A stretch of DNA of 64,000 nt from an uncultured virus (IMG/VR IMGVR_UViG_3300010338_001863) (lineage: Duplodnaviria > Heunggongvirae > Uroviricota > Caudoviricetes): the IMG/VR virus record IMGVR_UViG_3300010338_001863; one strand, 5' to 3'. Made by a program: the position numbers and the translations under genes. Below the pieces are notes generated by a model. It saw only the letters and a program-made list of their open reading frames with translations, had not been told where the DNA came from and searched no databases. Positions 49,400 through 58,529 of this stretch are shown here, piece by piece (within the stretch, counting starts at the first letter, position 1; each line of letters opens with the position of its first letter).

Positions 49400-49664
49400 T
49401 TATCCACAGGTTCCACATATCCCCCTTAAGAATCCCCCTAGTATTATTATTAATATAATATATATCTTTCTTTCTTTGGTTACTTTCTTTCTTTCTGTTG
49501 TTGATATGTTGATAAGTCTGTTGATAACTTTTTTTCTGCTTATTTTTTAAGGAGAATTTAGTCATAAAGTTATCCACAAGTTATCCACAGGTTATCAACA
49601 TTATCCACAGGATTTGGTGTTATCAACAGGTTTCAACAAGTTATCCACAGGAGGCTGTGGATAA
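49400..49664. promoter_or_regulatory. DnaA-box cluster
   Basis: TTATCCACA at 49400, 49570, 49581, 49601, 49641; reverse copy at 49656; TTATCAACA variants at 49592, 49620 and reverse at 49507, 49519; AT-rich tract 49441-49470. Confidence 0.8.
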
Positions 49665-49933
49665 GTGTTGTTAGGATTTAGGATGAATTCTTTAGTGGGT
49701 GTAAACTCTCGCTTCTTGTATTTTATATATCTGAGCATGAACTCAGGCATGTCGGTCCCCAGGATCCTAGCTTTATATATGCCTTTGCTTATATTTATTG
49801 AACCGAATGGGGTGGATAGGATACAATCGTTGTCGCAATAGACTATATGACCGTCTACGCGGCCTTTAGATATCGACATGTTGTATGCGAACGGTCTCGG
49901 ATTCTGCTTCCTTTTTGAAGTGATTTTAATCAA
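49601..49933 (-). CDS. paralog of the C-terminal third of 52053-53075 (possibly a fragment)
   Basis: Shared YN.SI..G......C....ILSTPFGSI...KGIYKA...G...P.F...Y..Y....FTPTKE.......YP..PVDN. Confidence 0.55.
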   Translation of the reverse strand: MIKITSKRKQNPRPFAYNMSISKGRVDGHIVYCDNDCILSTPFGSINISKGIYKARILGTDMPEFMLRYIKYKKREFTPTKEFILNPNNTYPQPPVDNLLKPVDNTKSCG

Positions 49934-50069
49934 TGTAATTGGTCCTATCTGGTATTCTGAGTTCTCTAATCCAACATAATCCTTAAATTTATTTATTATG
50001 TGGTCGTCAGTTTCTCATAGTCGGCGAGAAGAGAGAGCAGTACCTGTTCTATCGTGTCTTGATTTCTAT

Positions 50070-50594
50070 TCATACTTTCCTCCTTAAATCATAATAATAT
50101 ATTTTGTTTTTGTCATACCAAATATTGGTGTCTATTTTAAAAAACCCTAATATATTTTTAGGCAAATTATCAATGCAACAAGGCATAACAAATAAGTAAT
50201 CAAAAACATTAATTGCTGGTGCGTGACTATGTATATATATCCCAATCTTTGTTCTATTAGTGTATTTTGAAAAGTCAAATTCTTCAACTTTACATTTATA
50301 ACAACTTAATCTTTCAGTTCTATAATCCTTTATTTCTAAATTTGGGTCTATTGCTACAAATTCCCAATTCTTTATAAAATGTGCTACCATTAGGGAAAAA
50401 GTCGGTCTTTTGCCACATCCGACATCAAAAACAACAACATTATCTTTATTACTATAAACTGGCATATTCCTTAAAAAACCAAACATAGAATAACACTCGT
50501 TTATTTCTTTTAAATCAACTTTACCTAACTTACTTACTATGTCTAATGCTGATTTGTATTTAAAAAATCTTTCTATATACTTAAAACTTTTCAT
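50070..50594 (-). CDS. putative SAM-dependent methyltransferase-fold protein
   Basis: VFDVGCG motif I, VAIDP, H.H, MPCC. Confidence 0.65.
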   Translation of the reverse strand: MKSFKYIERFFKYKSALDIVSKLGKVDLKEINECYSMFGFLRNMPVYSNKDNVVVFDVGCGKRPTFSLMVAHFIKNWEFVAIDPNLEIKDYRTERLSCYKCKVEEFDFSKYTNRTKIGIYIHSHAPAINVFDYLFVMPCCIDNLPKNILGFFKIDTNIWYDKNKIYYYDLRRKV

Positions 50595-51358
50595 TTTCCC
50601 TCCTTTTTTATTTGTTCTTCTAAATATTTAACAACTTCCAGATGTCCATTTTCTCTTGCCTGTCGTAAAGCATAATAATTATCTGCGTGAATGTTAGCGC
50701 CTTTTTCAATTAAATATTTAACAATTTCCAAATGACCATTTCCGCTTGCCAAGTAGAGCGCCTCGTCAGCTTTTGCGTGGATATTGGCGCCCTGTTCTAC
50801 CAGATACTCCACAACATCCAGATAACCATTTCTACTCGCCCATCGGAGAGCATAGTCATCGTAAGCGTGGATATTCGCACCTTGCTCCACAAGATACTTT
50901 ACTACTTTCAAATGTCCATTTCTACTTGCTAAATTTAGAGAATATTCATTTAGTGTGTGTATATCCGCACCTTGCTTCACCAGATACTTCACAACATCAA
51001 GATGACCATTTCCACTCGCCCATCGGAGAGCAAAGTCATCGCCAGCGTGTATATTGGCGCCCTCTTCTACCAACATCTTTATTGTATTAAAATTAATTTT
51101 TCCAACATATTTCAAGTTTACAGCCCGTGCTTTGTATTTTTTAGGTAATGATGGATTTTCATATACTTCGCTAATAGGTTCTACTTCGTATAATTTTGTC
51201 CCATAGTTAAGAAACGCTAATATATCCTCTCTGGCAAAGTATATTCCACCGGGTGTACAATCTCCAGACGGATTGAAAGGTCTAAAATCCACATTATATC
51301 CTTCCTTGTAAACTATTCCTCTGTGACCTGCTGGATTAACTATCTTGTAAAATTTCAT
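50591..51358 (-). CDS. ankyrin-repeat protein
   Basis: Five 30-aa GANIHA.DD.AL..AS.NGHL.VVKYLVE repeats. Confidence 0.95.
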   Translation of the reverse strand: MKFYKIVNPAGHRGIVYKEGYNVDFRPFNPSGDCTPGGIYFAREDILAFLNYGTKLYEVEPISEVYENPSLPKKYKARAVNLKYVGKINFNTIKMLVEEGANIHAGDDFALRWASGNGHLDVVKYLVKQGADIHTLNEYSLNLASRNGHLKVVKYLVEQGANIHAYDDYALRWASRNGYLDVVEYLVEQGANIHAKADEALYLASGNGHLEIVKYLIEKGANIHADNYYALRQARENGHLEVVKYLEEQIKKEGK

Positions 51359-51380
51359 TTTTCCTCCTTAAATCATATAA

Positions 51381-51611
51381 TTATCTTAAACCATAAATAG
51401 ATAAATCTAAAAATCTATTCGTTTCATAAGCTTTTCTAATTTCATCTATAATCTCTTCATACGATTTGCTACTTTTATTCTTTTCAAAATCTATAAAATC
51501 AAATCTCAAATCATCAATTCTTAAATAATACCTCCAATTATCCGCATCAAAATCCACACATATAACCTTTACATTACTAACAAGTATTAAACTATTACCT
51601 ATTCTAATCAT
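51381..51611 (-). CDS. hypothetical protein
   Basis: AGGAGG RBS, ATGA coupling. Confidence 0.6.
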   Translation of the reverse strand: MIRIGNSLILVSNVKVICVDFDADNWRYYLRIDDLRFDFIDFEKNKSSKSYEEIIDEIRKAYETNRFLDLSIYGLR

Positions 51612-52060
51612 ACTTTCCTCCTTTTTGATTCTATGTATTCTTTCAAATTTTTAGGGATAATAGTTAAGAATGGAGGCTCCCAATCTTTATCTAGCTGTTT
51701 ACATTGATTTATGTAATCTTGTTTGTTTTTAAATAAATCAAATATTAGATAGGGATCTACTTCTAAGTAATATTGGTTTATTTGTACATTTGATACATAT
51801 AATATTTTCTTTTTGTAAGCATATAGGCTGATTAGCAATATTTTTTTTGCATTAGGGTATTTGTGGATTCCTTCTTTAAAGACGTATCTTAAGACATTTA
51901 TATTTTTGCAAAACCCACACTCACATACTCCAGATGTATCATGTATATGGGAGTTGTAAGCTTGATGCATTTTGAATTGATTAAAAGCTTGTTTTATCCC
52001 CATTTTAGATCTCTGTAATATCGAGATCTTTTTAAGTTCTTTTAATTTCTTCTCATTCAT
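51608..52060 (-). CDS. HxxYxxH-CxC module protein
   Basis: MHQAYNSHIHDTSGVCECG. Confidence 0.7.
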   Translation of the reverse strand: MNEKKLKELKKISILQRSKMGIKQAFNQFKMHQAYNSHIHDTSGVCECGFCKNINVLRYVFKEGIHKYPNAKKILLISLYAYKKKILYVSNVQINQYYLEVDPYLIFDLFKNKQDYINQCKQLDKDWEPPFLTIIPKNLKEYIESKRRKV

Positions 52061-53075
52061 ATTTCCTTTCCTTTTTCAAAAAGTTATCCACAGGATTATG
52101 TGGATAACTGCTGGACTGATCTACCCACAATTCTTTGGTCGGGGTGAATTTGTGTTTCCTGTATGCCATATATTTGTGGATGAATTTAGGGATTGGGATC
52201 CCTACTACGAATGCTTTATATATCCCTTTCGGGAGTATTATAGATCCGAATGGGGTAGAGAGTATGCTTCTTTTGTCGCAGAATATTATGTTGTCCTCTA
52301 TCTTCCCGTACTGGATGGATATGTTGTATGGGATAGGTTTGCGTTTGACCATTTTTAGATTATGTATTTCTTTCAAAGTAATCCTTCCAACCTGAAAGGA
52401 TGAACAAAGTACTTCTTTGTATATGTTAGGCTCATATATCCTTTTGTCCTTGCTGAAGGACACAGGGATCATATATTCGGTCCCCTCCCTGGTTCGGTTG
52501 TATGTAAAAGTTAGCTTGGCCCATTTGACGCTGAATATGTATACGCTAAAGTTTTCATCGTATTTTCTTCTAACGGATAAATTAAACCCATCCTTCTCAT
52601 CCATTATCCCTGAGTCTCTTAAGATCTGGTATCCTCTTTCTGTGCTATGTGGAGGTAGGATTATCTTGAAAGCCTTAGCCATTGAATAGGTTTTGTTTAA
52701 TCCGGCATATGTTTTCTTTAAAATCTTAGTTCTTATTTTTAGGGGTAGTTTAGCCAGGGCCTGGAGGATCTTCCCTTTAGTGGAGGAAAGGGATATTGAT
52801 TCTCTGGTTATAATGAATTCTATATATTTCCTGTCTTGACAGTTCTTCCCGTTTATTTCCCATACTATAGGCATTTTGTTGTTTTTTATTAAGTCTCTGA
52901 GCGTTGAAACTTCTAAGTTATACGGTGTATAAACATATTTATCTATGTTCATATCTGTAGAATTAAGCAGGTTTATCTGTCTTTTAGAAAGAGAAAGTTT
53001 GGCCCCACACTCACATTTGAAATCTTTTTCAAATACATGGGAATGATATATATCATGTAATTTATATATTTCCAT
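52053..53075 (-). CDS. HxxYxxH-CxC module protein
   Basis: LHDIYHSHVFEKDFKCECG; AAGGAG RBS. Confidence 0.75.
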   Translation of the reverse strand: MEIYKLHDIYHSHVFEKDFKCECGAKLSLSKRQINLLNSTDMNIDKYVYTPYNLEVSTLRDLIKNNKMPIVWEINGKNCQDRKYIEFIITRESISLSSTKGKILQALAKLPLKIRTKILKKTYAGLNKTYSMAKAFKIILPPHSTERGYQILRDSGIMDEKDGFNLSVRRKYDENFSVYIFSVKWAKLTFTYNRTREGTEYMIPVSFSKDKRIYEPNIYKEVLCSSFQVGRITLKEIHNLKMVKRKPIPYNISIQYGKIEDNIIFCDKRSILSTPFGSIILPKGIYKAFVVGIPIPKFIHKYMAYRKHKFTPTKELWVDQSSSYPHNPVDNFLKKERKYE

Positions 53076-53120
53076 AACGGGTCTCCTTTTTGGGAAAGTA
53101 TTTTATTGGGGAGTAGTTCG

Positions 53121-53282
53121 GGCGCAGGAGATATATATGTTGAATGGTTTTTTGTATTAGGAGGTACAGAACCATTATTAAGGAGTATCTCCTGCGCCAA
53201 ACAGAGAACAAATTCTCCTTATTTGCTAAGTGGCCGGCCCGGGTAAGGGGGATATGGGATTAAGGGGTTCCCGGGCCGGTCA
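53121..53282. other. two GC-rich intergenic inverted repeats
   Basis: GGCGCAGGAGATA (53121)/TATCTCCTGCGCC (53186) and TGGCCGGCCCGGG (53231)/CCCGGGCCGGTCA (~53270). Confidence 0.75.
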
Positions 53283-53287
53283 ACAGG

Positions 53288-53629
53288 TCACAACGAAGTG
53301 TTTCTTGCTTCTAGGAGCCTCTTGTACACAGAGATCTTTTTAGCAATCAGTTCTAGTTGCATCCCTATGTTGAAAGACTCTCGTCTAGCTAGCCACAGCT
53401 GTTCGATCTTGTTGAATAACTTAGAATCCAGATAGGCTGACCTGGTTTCCGAATTCTTCTGGGCCGCATAATCTGGATCGCTAAGTATTATCTCGGTCTT
53501 AGCTTGAGTAACAATTTTCTCAAGCCTAAGCTCCTCGTTGGCTGCTTCGATCTTCTTTGCCGTCAGTTTCTCATAGTCGGCAAGAAGAGAGAGCAGTACC
53601 TGCTCTATCGCGTCTTGACTTCTATTCAT
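53288..53629 (-). CDS. coiled-coil hypothetical protein
   Basis: GGAGG RBS before ATG 53629; KNSETRSAYL motif. Confidence 0.65.
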   Translation of the reverse strand: MNRSQDAIEQVLLSLLADYEKLTAKKIEAANEELRLEKIVTQAKTEIILSDPDYAAQKNSETRSAYLDSKLFNKIEQLWLARRESFNIGMQLELIAKKISVYKRLLEARNTSL

Positions 53630-53661
53630 ACATTCCTCCTTTGTTTTTGGATAGATATATA

Positions 53662-54477
53662 TCATCTATCCTTTTTTTTAATTCTAACAAACCTATTTTT
53701 ATATTTTTCATATATATACCTATTAAAAGCAAAATCATAGTTTGGGAGCTTATTAGTTTTTCTTAAATAAGATAACAAGTAATTTTCCAAATCTGTTAAT
53801 GTTTGTATGTTATCTTCATAAAAAGATTTCATATCATCGTCGTCTTCTTCTTCGAATTTAATTAGCCCACAAGAACATACATTCCCAACGAAATCATGTG
53901 AATCATATTGGTCGTGGAGACTCATTAGGTTTACTTTGTCATCCAGGTCTTTTTCTACTTTTTTACATAAATATTCTAGGAAATCCAAAACCTTTTCTTC
54001 GTTGTATTCTTTGGTTTCGATTACATATTTTTTCGCATATAAAATATCTTCATCATACAACAGATTGTCTTTATTCAGAAGATAAAATGTTTTTTGGGGG
54101 GAAATGTTTTTTGTCTTTCTTTTTTCAAAATAATCGCAATTTTCTTTGGAATCTAAATATAAATCATTTTTATAATTAAAAACAGTATCCGATATATGTA
54201 AATAAATTTTTGGAGTTATCCCGCAATCTATTGCTCTTTCTATTATATCTTTTTGCGCTAACTCTAATGGAAGCTGGATATTATTTAAAAACATATGCAT
54301 AACAGCTTCCGGCTTACTGAAAAACTTAAAATGTTCCAAATATATTTCCATTGCATTAGGAGGATAATATGGAGAAAGGGCTCCACATTCACATATCCCT
54401 CTATTGTAATTGTGGGATTTGTGAGAATCGTGGAGCCTCCTCTTTGCTAATATAGCTTTAATATCATTTCTGTCCAT
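53662..54477 (-). CDS. protein with two HxxYxxH-CxC modules
   Basis: LHDSHKSHNYNRGICECG and LHDQYDSHDFVGNVCSCG. Confidence 0.75.
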   Translation of the reverse strand: MDRNDIKAILAKRRLHDSHKSHNYNRGICECGALSPYYPPNAMEIYLEHFKFFSKPEAVMHMFLNNIQLPLELAQKDIIERAIDCGITPKIYLHISDTVFNYKNDLYLDSKENCDYFEKRKTKNISPQKTFYLLNKDNLLYDEDILYAKKYVIETKEYNEEKVLDFLEYLCKKVEKDLDDKVNLMSLHDQYDSHDFVGNVCSCGLIKFEEEDDDDMKSFYEDNIQTLTDLENYLLSYLRKTNKLPNYDFAFNRYIYEKYKNRFVRIKKKDR

Positions 54478-54778
54478 TATAAGTTTTCTTTCTTTCCTTC
54501 ATCCTTTTTTCGTATTTTTTGATCAACTCATAGAGCTTCTTTGTGGGATAGATTTTATAAATATGCCCATTTGCTCTAGGGTCATTATATCTAATCATTC
54601 CCATTTTTCTCATGAATCTTAGGTATCTGGATACGGAGATCGAGCCCGGGCCGAGAGGGATCAGATTCCTTTCTATGTGATAGGTATGGATTGTTATCGG
54701 CCCCCTCTTCTTCGGCGCTCTATGTTCCAATATTCTATTAGCAACCATATAAGCCACATGGCTTCTTATCATTTTCAT
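54464..54778 (-). CDS. putative winged-helix DNA-binding protein
   Basis: PGSISVSRYLRFMRKMGMIRY...YKI pattern; basic. Confidence 0.5.
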   Translation of the reverse strand: MKMIRSHVAYMVANRILEHRAPKKRGPITIHTYHIERNLIPLGPGSISVSRYLRFMRKMGMIRYNDPRANGHIYKIYPTKKLYELIKKYEKRMKERKKTYNGQK

Positions 54779-55077
54779 GTTCGTCCTCCTTTTTGATTAT
54801 TATACTTTTTTTTGATGTATTTGTCAATATAGTATTTGAATTTCTTTTTCTTCGACTTTATGTATACATCAAATTGTTGTGCTATGGTTTTGTTCCCCAT
54901 CTTGATGTTGAAGATCAGCAATCTGTCAAACTCGGATGTATAGTCCTTGTTTGACATTATGCTGAACATTAGGCCGGGGATCTTCCCGCAAGAGCACACT
55001 TTGAATAGCTCCTTGTCGTGGGAATTGTAAGCCTGATGCATCTTGTAGAGGTTGGGGTCCATGTTGTATTTCTTCAT
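54775..55077 (-). CDS. HxxYxxH-CxC module protein
   Basis: MHQAYNSHDKELFKVCSCG. Confidence 0.7.
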   Translation of the reverse strand: MKKYNMDPNLYKMHQAYNSHDKELFKVCSCGKIPGLMFSIMSNKDYTSEFDRLLIFNIKMGNKTIAQQFDVYIKSKKKKFKYYIDKYIKKKYNNQKGGRT

Positions 55078-55092
55078 AATCTCCCCCTTCTT

Positions 55093-55707
55093 TTAGTGAG
55101 CTTTGAACAAGACTCCTTTCTTCTCGGCCGATTTGCTGAAGCAGATCTTACATGGATTGTTGCAAGTTATTTTCTCTTTTGTTAAGTTGGCTGGGCAGAC
55201 GAAAGCCCCGGTCTTCTGCTGGACTTCCCTCAATACCTTCATGTCCTTGTAGTAATTGGGCTTCCCGTCTATGATGGAATTGATCAGGATGAAGTTCGGG
55301 AGGGATCGGAGCTTATCCAATTCCTTGCTCAATTTTTTATCTAGTACTCTTTTGGTGTAAGCATATCCGATCACATCCGGCGTGTCCTTGAATACCTGAT
55401 ATATCTTATCGATGTATTCTTTACTGTAGAAGTCGCCGCTGTCGTGGATCCTTACATATTTGACTCCTTTCTTTGTCTTCAGGTATTCTATTTCCTCTTT
55501 GAGCTTGTTGATGAAGTCCGGCTTCTGGGATGCTGCATAGTTCTCAGCTCTTTTTTCCTTGACTACATCCAGCCTATATTTCCCTTTGCTGGCGTAGCAG
55601 CCGGCGCATCTGAAGAGACAAGTCTCCCCGGCCGGCAGACCGAATGACGGGATATTCCCGCCTTTCAGCTTGGTGTTGTTGTCGTAGGACAACAGTTTTA
55701 GTTTCAT
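55093..55707 (-). CDS. phage Gp88-like protein (Fe-S/radical SAM-related)
   Basis: N.KL, F.LPA..TC...C..CYA, VRIHDSGDFYS, YAYTK, VCPA..C..C..C. Confidence 0.75.
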   Translation of the reverse strand: MKLKLLSYDNNTKLKGGNIPSFGLPAGETCLFRCAGCYASKGKYRLDVVKEKRAENYAASQKPDFINKLKEEIEYLKTKKGVKYVRIHDSGDFYSKEYIDKIYQVFKDTPDVIGYAYTKRVLDKKLSKELDKLRSLPNFILINSIIDGKPNYYKDMKVLREVQQKTGAFVCPANLTKEKITCNNPCKICFSKSAEKKGVLFKAH

Positions 55708-55744
55708 TGATACCTCCTATTTTTTTGTTTTAATTTTTTAAATT

Positions 55745-56002
55745 CTATTTCTCCCTATTTTTACCATATTCTCTCCTTTTTCTAGGGATTTTGCAGCCGT
55801 TGGCCTTCATCCCTCCCGGGAGTATATGCCCTGTATTTACATGAAAGCTATATCTTTTGACGAACAACTCGTCCTTTTCGAATAGCCCCCGGCATTTGTC
55901 ACACTCGTATAACCCACTTCTTATCTGACAAACATTGTCGCAGAAGCATTCGGGACATACATATCTGGTATCCGATATGGACTCTTGTTTTCTTCTTCCC
56001 AT
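55745..56002 (-). CDS. small zinc-ribbon protein
   Basis: CPEC ... CDKC. Confidence 0.6.
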   Translation of the reverse strand: MGRRKQESISDTRYVCPECFCDNVCQIRSGLYECDKCRGLFEKDELFVKRYSFHVNTGHILPGGMKANGCKIPRKRREYGKNREK

Positions 56003-56014
56003 AATATCCCCCTT

Positions 56015-56353
56015 TTAATCTACTTTGATTTCTTCAGAATACATCAACATATCCAGGACCCTGAGGAATTGGGTTTTGGATATCCGATAAAACTTGAGTT
56101 CCTTTTCAGGGATCCCCATCTCAACAAGCTCATCCTCAACCTCCTTTCTGGTAGGGAATCCTTTGTTGCTATAAGCTCTTATGACCGCCTGGATCTCCTT
56201 CTTAGATAATACCCCTCCATTGTTATAGGATAGTTTTTCAAACTTATCTTTGGTAATAATGTTTGGGGCGATCTTCCTGAGGGTGGCCAGGATTACCCTC
56301 CAGGAGAAGTAAGGTACAGTTAGGTTATACTTAGCTTTTAATACTACTGACAT
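56015..56353 (-). CDS. hypothetical protein
   Basis: GGAGG RBS before ATG 56353. Confidence 0.6.
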   Translation of the reverse strand: MSVVLKAKYNLTVPYFSWRVILATLRKIAPNIITKDKFEKLSYNNGGVLSKKEIQAVIRAYSNKGFPTRKEVEDELVEMGIPEKELKFYRISKTQFLRVLDMLMYSEEIKVD

Positions 56354-56364
56354 GTTTTCCTCCT

Positions 56365-56841
56365 TTATAATATTGGGGATAAGTCTATCCCTTTGTCCCA
56401 GCATACTGATTCGCATCCTGTCTTAATGGCGGCGTATATTATACTCATTTTATTCCTGGGTTTGCGTATTGTATATTGGCTATTGATTCTGATTTCCACC
56501 TCATCCCTGTATTGATCATATATAGCTTCCAGGACAAACAATCTATTCTTGTGCCAGATAGCTCTTTTGGTCTTGTCGTAGATGTTGAAGGCTATGTTCA
56601 AGATGTTGAAGGTTATGTCCAAACACCCCTCCAAAGTACGGCCGGATGCGGCAAGACGATTGTGTATCTGTTTAATTATATACAATAGATGCGGGGAGTC
56701 ATATATTTTGGCCAAGTATTCCGAATAAGACATGTGTTTAGTAGGCATCAAACACTCCCCGCATATTCCATCCCCTCTGTCTATGTGGGAGCCATAACCT
56801 TCGTGGAGGGTTTGGATTTTTTGTAATTCCTTTTCGGTCAT
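56365..56841 (-). CDS. HxxYxxH-CxxC module protein
   Basis: LHEGYGSHIDRGDGICGEC. Confidence 0.7.
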   Translation of the reverse strand: MTEKELQKIQTLHEGYGSHIDRGDGICGECLMPTKHMSYSEYLAKIYDSPHLLYIIKQIHNRLAASGRTLEGCLDITFNILNIAFNIYDKTKRAIWHKNRLFVLEAIYDQYRDEVEIRINSQYTIRKPRNKMSIIYAAIKTGCESVCWDKGIDLSPIL

Positions 56842-56845
56842 AACA

Positions 56846-57004
56846 TTACTCCCTTTCTTCTAATATCAGGATGTTGTATACCCCATCGTCGCATTTATGG
56901 ACAAATCCTTCTATATCTTCCATGTACTTTGTGTCATCCAGGAATTTGTCCCAGTCTTTTATCCCATAGCATAAATCTCCTATGTAGCAATCCCCTTCTT
57001 TCAT
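56846..57004 (-). CDS. small hypothetical protein (52 aa)
   Basis: Hand-translated MKEGDCYIGDLCYGIKDW...LEERE*; GGAGG RBS, ATGA-coupled. Confidence 0.5.
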   Translation of the reverse strand: MKEGDCYIGDLCYGIKDWDKFLDDTKYMEDIEGFVHKCDDGVYNILILEERE

Positions 57005-57252
57005 TTTGCCACCTCCCTTACGTTTTCTATTATTTCTTTTATTAAGGGATGGTTTTTGTTGGTTGTTCTTATGGTCGCTTTGCTCCTTTCAGTTTCGATG
57101 CTCACTTCTTCTCCATCCAACATTATAGCATATTCTCCGTCGATTTCTTCGTATTCCATCCCGGCTTCCACAAACTCCTCTGTGTCATGGAGTTTCTGGA
57201 GTAAGTATTCTAGGTCCTCTTCGAATTTCCTGTTCTTTATTTTGATTACCAT
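57001..57252 (-). CDS. acidic hypothetical protein, copy 1
   Basis: AAGGAGGT RBS, MVIKIKNRKFEED... Confidence 0.7.
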   Translation of the reverse strand: MVIKIKNRKFEEDLEYLLQKLHDTEEFVEAGMEYEEIDGEYAIMLDGEEVSIETERSKATIRTTNKNHPLIKEIIENVREVAK

Positions 57253-57322
57253 TTTACCTCCTTTAATTCTTCCCAAGTTAAGATTACATAGCATAAATCT
57301 CCTATGTAGTAATCCCCTTCTT

Positions 57323-57574
57323 TCATTTTGCCACCTCCTTTACGTTTTCTATTATTTCTTTTATTAAGGGATGGTTTTTGTTGGTTGTTCTTATGGTCGC
57401 TCTGCTCCTTTCAGTTTCGATACTCACTTCTTCTCCATCCAACATTATAGCATATTCTCCATCGATTTCTTCGTATTCCATCCCGGCCTCCACAAACTCC
57501 TCTGTGTCATGGAGTTTCTGGAGTAAGTATTCTAGGTCCTCTTCGAATTTCCTGTTCTTTATTTTGATTACCAT
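57323..57574 (-). CDS. acidic hypothetical protein, copy 2
   Basis: As copy 1, with two amino-acid differences. Confidence 0.7.
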   Translation of the reverse strand: MVIKIKNRKFEEDLEYLLQKLHDTEEFVEAGMEYEEIDGEYAIMLDGEEVSIETERSRATIRTTNKNHPLIKEIIENVKEVAK

Positions 57575-57644
57575 TTTACCTCCTTTAATTCTTCCCAAGT
57601 TAAGATTACATAGCATAAATCTCCTATGTAGTAATCCCCTTCTT

Positions 57645-57896
57645 TCATTTTGCCACCTCCTTTACGTTTTCTATTATTTCTTTTATTAAGGGATGGTTTT
57701 TGTTGGTTGTTCTTATGGTCGCTCTGCTCCTTTCAGTTTCGATACTCACTTCTTCTCCATCCAACATTATAGCATATTCTCCATCGATTTCTTCGTATTC
57801 CATCCCGGCCTCCACAAACTCCTCTGTGTCATGGAGTTTCTGGAGTAAGTATTCTAGGTCCTCTTCGAATTTCCTGTTCTTTATTTTGATTACCAT
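57645..57896 (-). CDS. acidic hypothetical protein, copy 3
   Basis: Apparently identical to copy 2. Confidence 0.7.
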   Translation of the reverse strand: MVIKIKNRKFEEDLEYLLQKLHDTEEFVEAGMEYEEIDGEYAIMLDGEEVSIETERSRATIRTTNKNHPLIKEIIENVKEVAK

Positions 57897-58081
57897 TTTA
57901 CCTCCTTTAATTCTTCCCAAGTTAAGATTACAAAGTTGTCTTTGTATTTCTTTTTCATTTGTTTCCTATAATCCATTTCCAGGTCGAAGCATTCCTTACA
58001 TATATATATCCCAGCTCCACCGCCTAATTCTAACCGTTTTACCTCTCTTTCTTGGATACACTTTTCACAATATCCTTTCAT
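57890..58081 (-). CDS. small zinc-finger protein
   Basis: CEKC ... ICKEC; AAGGAGG RBS. Confidence 0.6.
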   Translation of the reverse strand: MKGYCEKCIQEREVKRLELGGGAGIYICKECFDLEMDYRKQMKKKYKDNFVILTWEELKEVKW

Positions 58082-58094
58082 ATTCTACCTCCTT

Positions 58095-58529
58095 TTATCT
58101 ATGAAAATCGAATGAGGCAACCCAGGCTTTACCTATCAAATCTTTTGTTATCTCATCCCCTTCCAAATATACATATCCATCCCCTTTCCTTAGGTCGTCG
58201 GGGGCATCTACCCAGCTATGCAATTTTCTTTTTATGTATTTATATATTTTCTCAGTCATGAGATGGACGTCTCCTTTATATGTTGGGCCTAAGTATCGAT
58301 CTTTTCTTATTTTGTAATCAGGATATACCATCATCGTCTGATGGTTCTTGCTCCATTCGACCCAAGTAGGGTCACACATAAACCCGTCTGTTGTCAGCGG
58401 ATTATCATTGCCTTCATCATCATAGAAGCATGCTACGTTTTTAGATAGGTAATCTTCCATCCTATCTAAAACATGTTCTACCATGTCGTCTTTTTTCTTT
58501 TTACTTATTACAATTACTCTTACGTGCAT
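58095..58529 (-). CDS. hypothetical protein
   Basis: AAGGAGG RBS; MH..V N-terminus and DFH C-terminus. Confidence 0.65.
   Translation of the reverse strand: MHVRVIVISKKKKDDMVEHVLDRMEDYLSKNVACFYDDEGNDNPLTTDGFMCDPTWVEWSKNHQTMMVYPDYKIRKDRYLGPTYKGDVHLMTEKIYKYIKRKLHSWVDAPDDLRKGDGYVYLEGDEITKDLIGKAWVASFDFHR

Larger units (their letters stand above)
56965..57932. repeat. 3 x 322-bp tandem duplication containing one complete gene per unit
   Basis: Units start at 56965, 57287, 57609; copy 1 differs from the other two by several substitutions. Confidence 0.95.

Noticed and set aside
49389..49577. 62-aa ORF
   Set aside because: It coincides with the DnaA-box/AT-rich tract, has low-complexity translation and lacks a clear RBS
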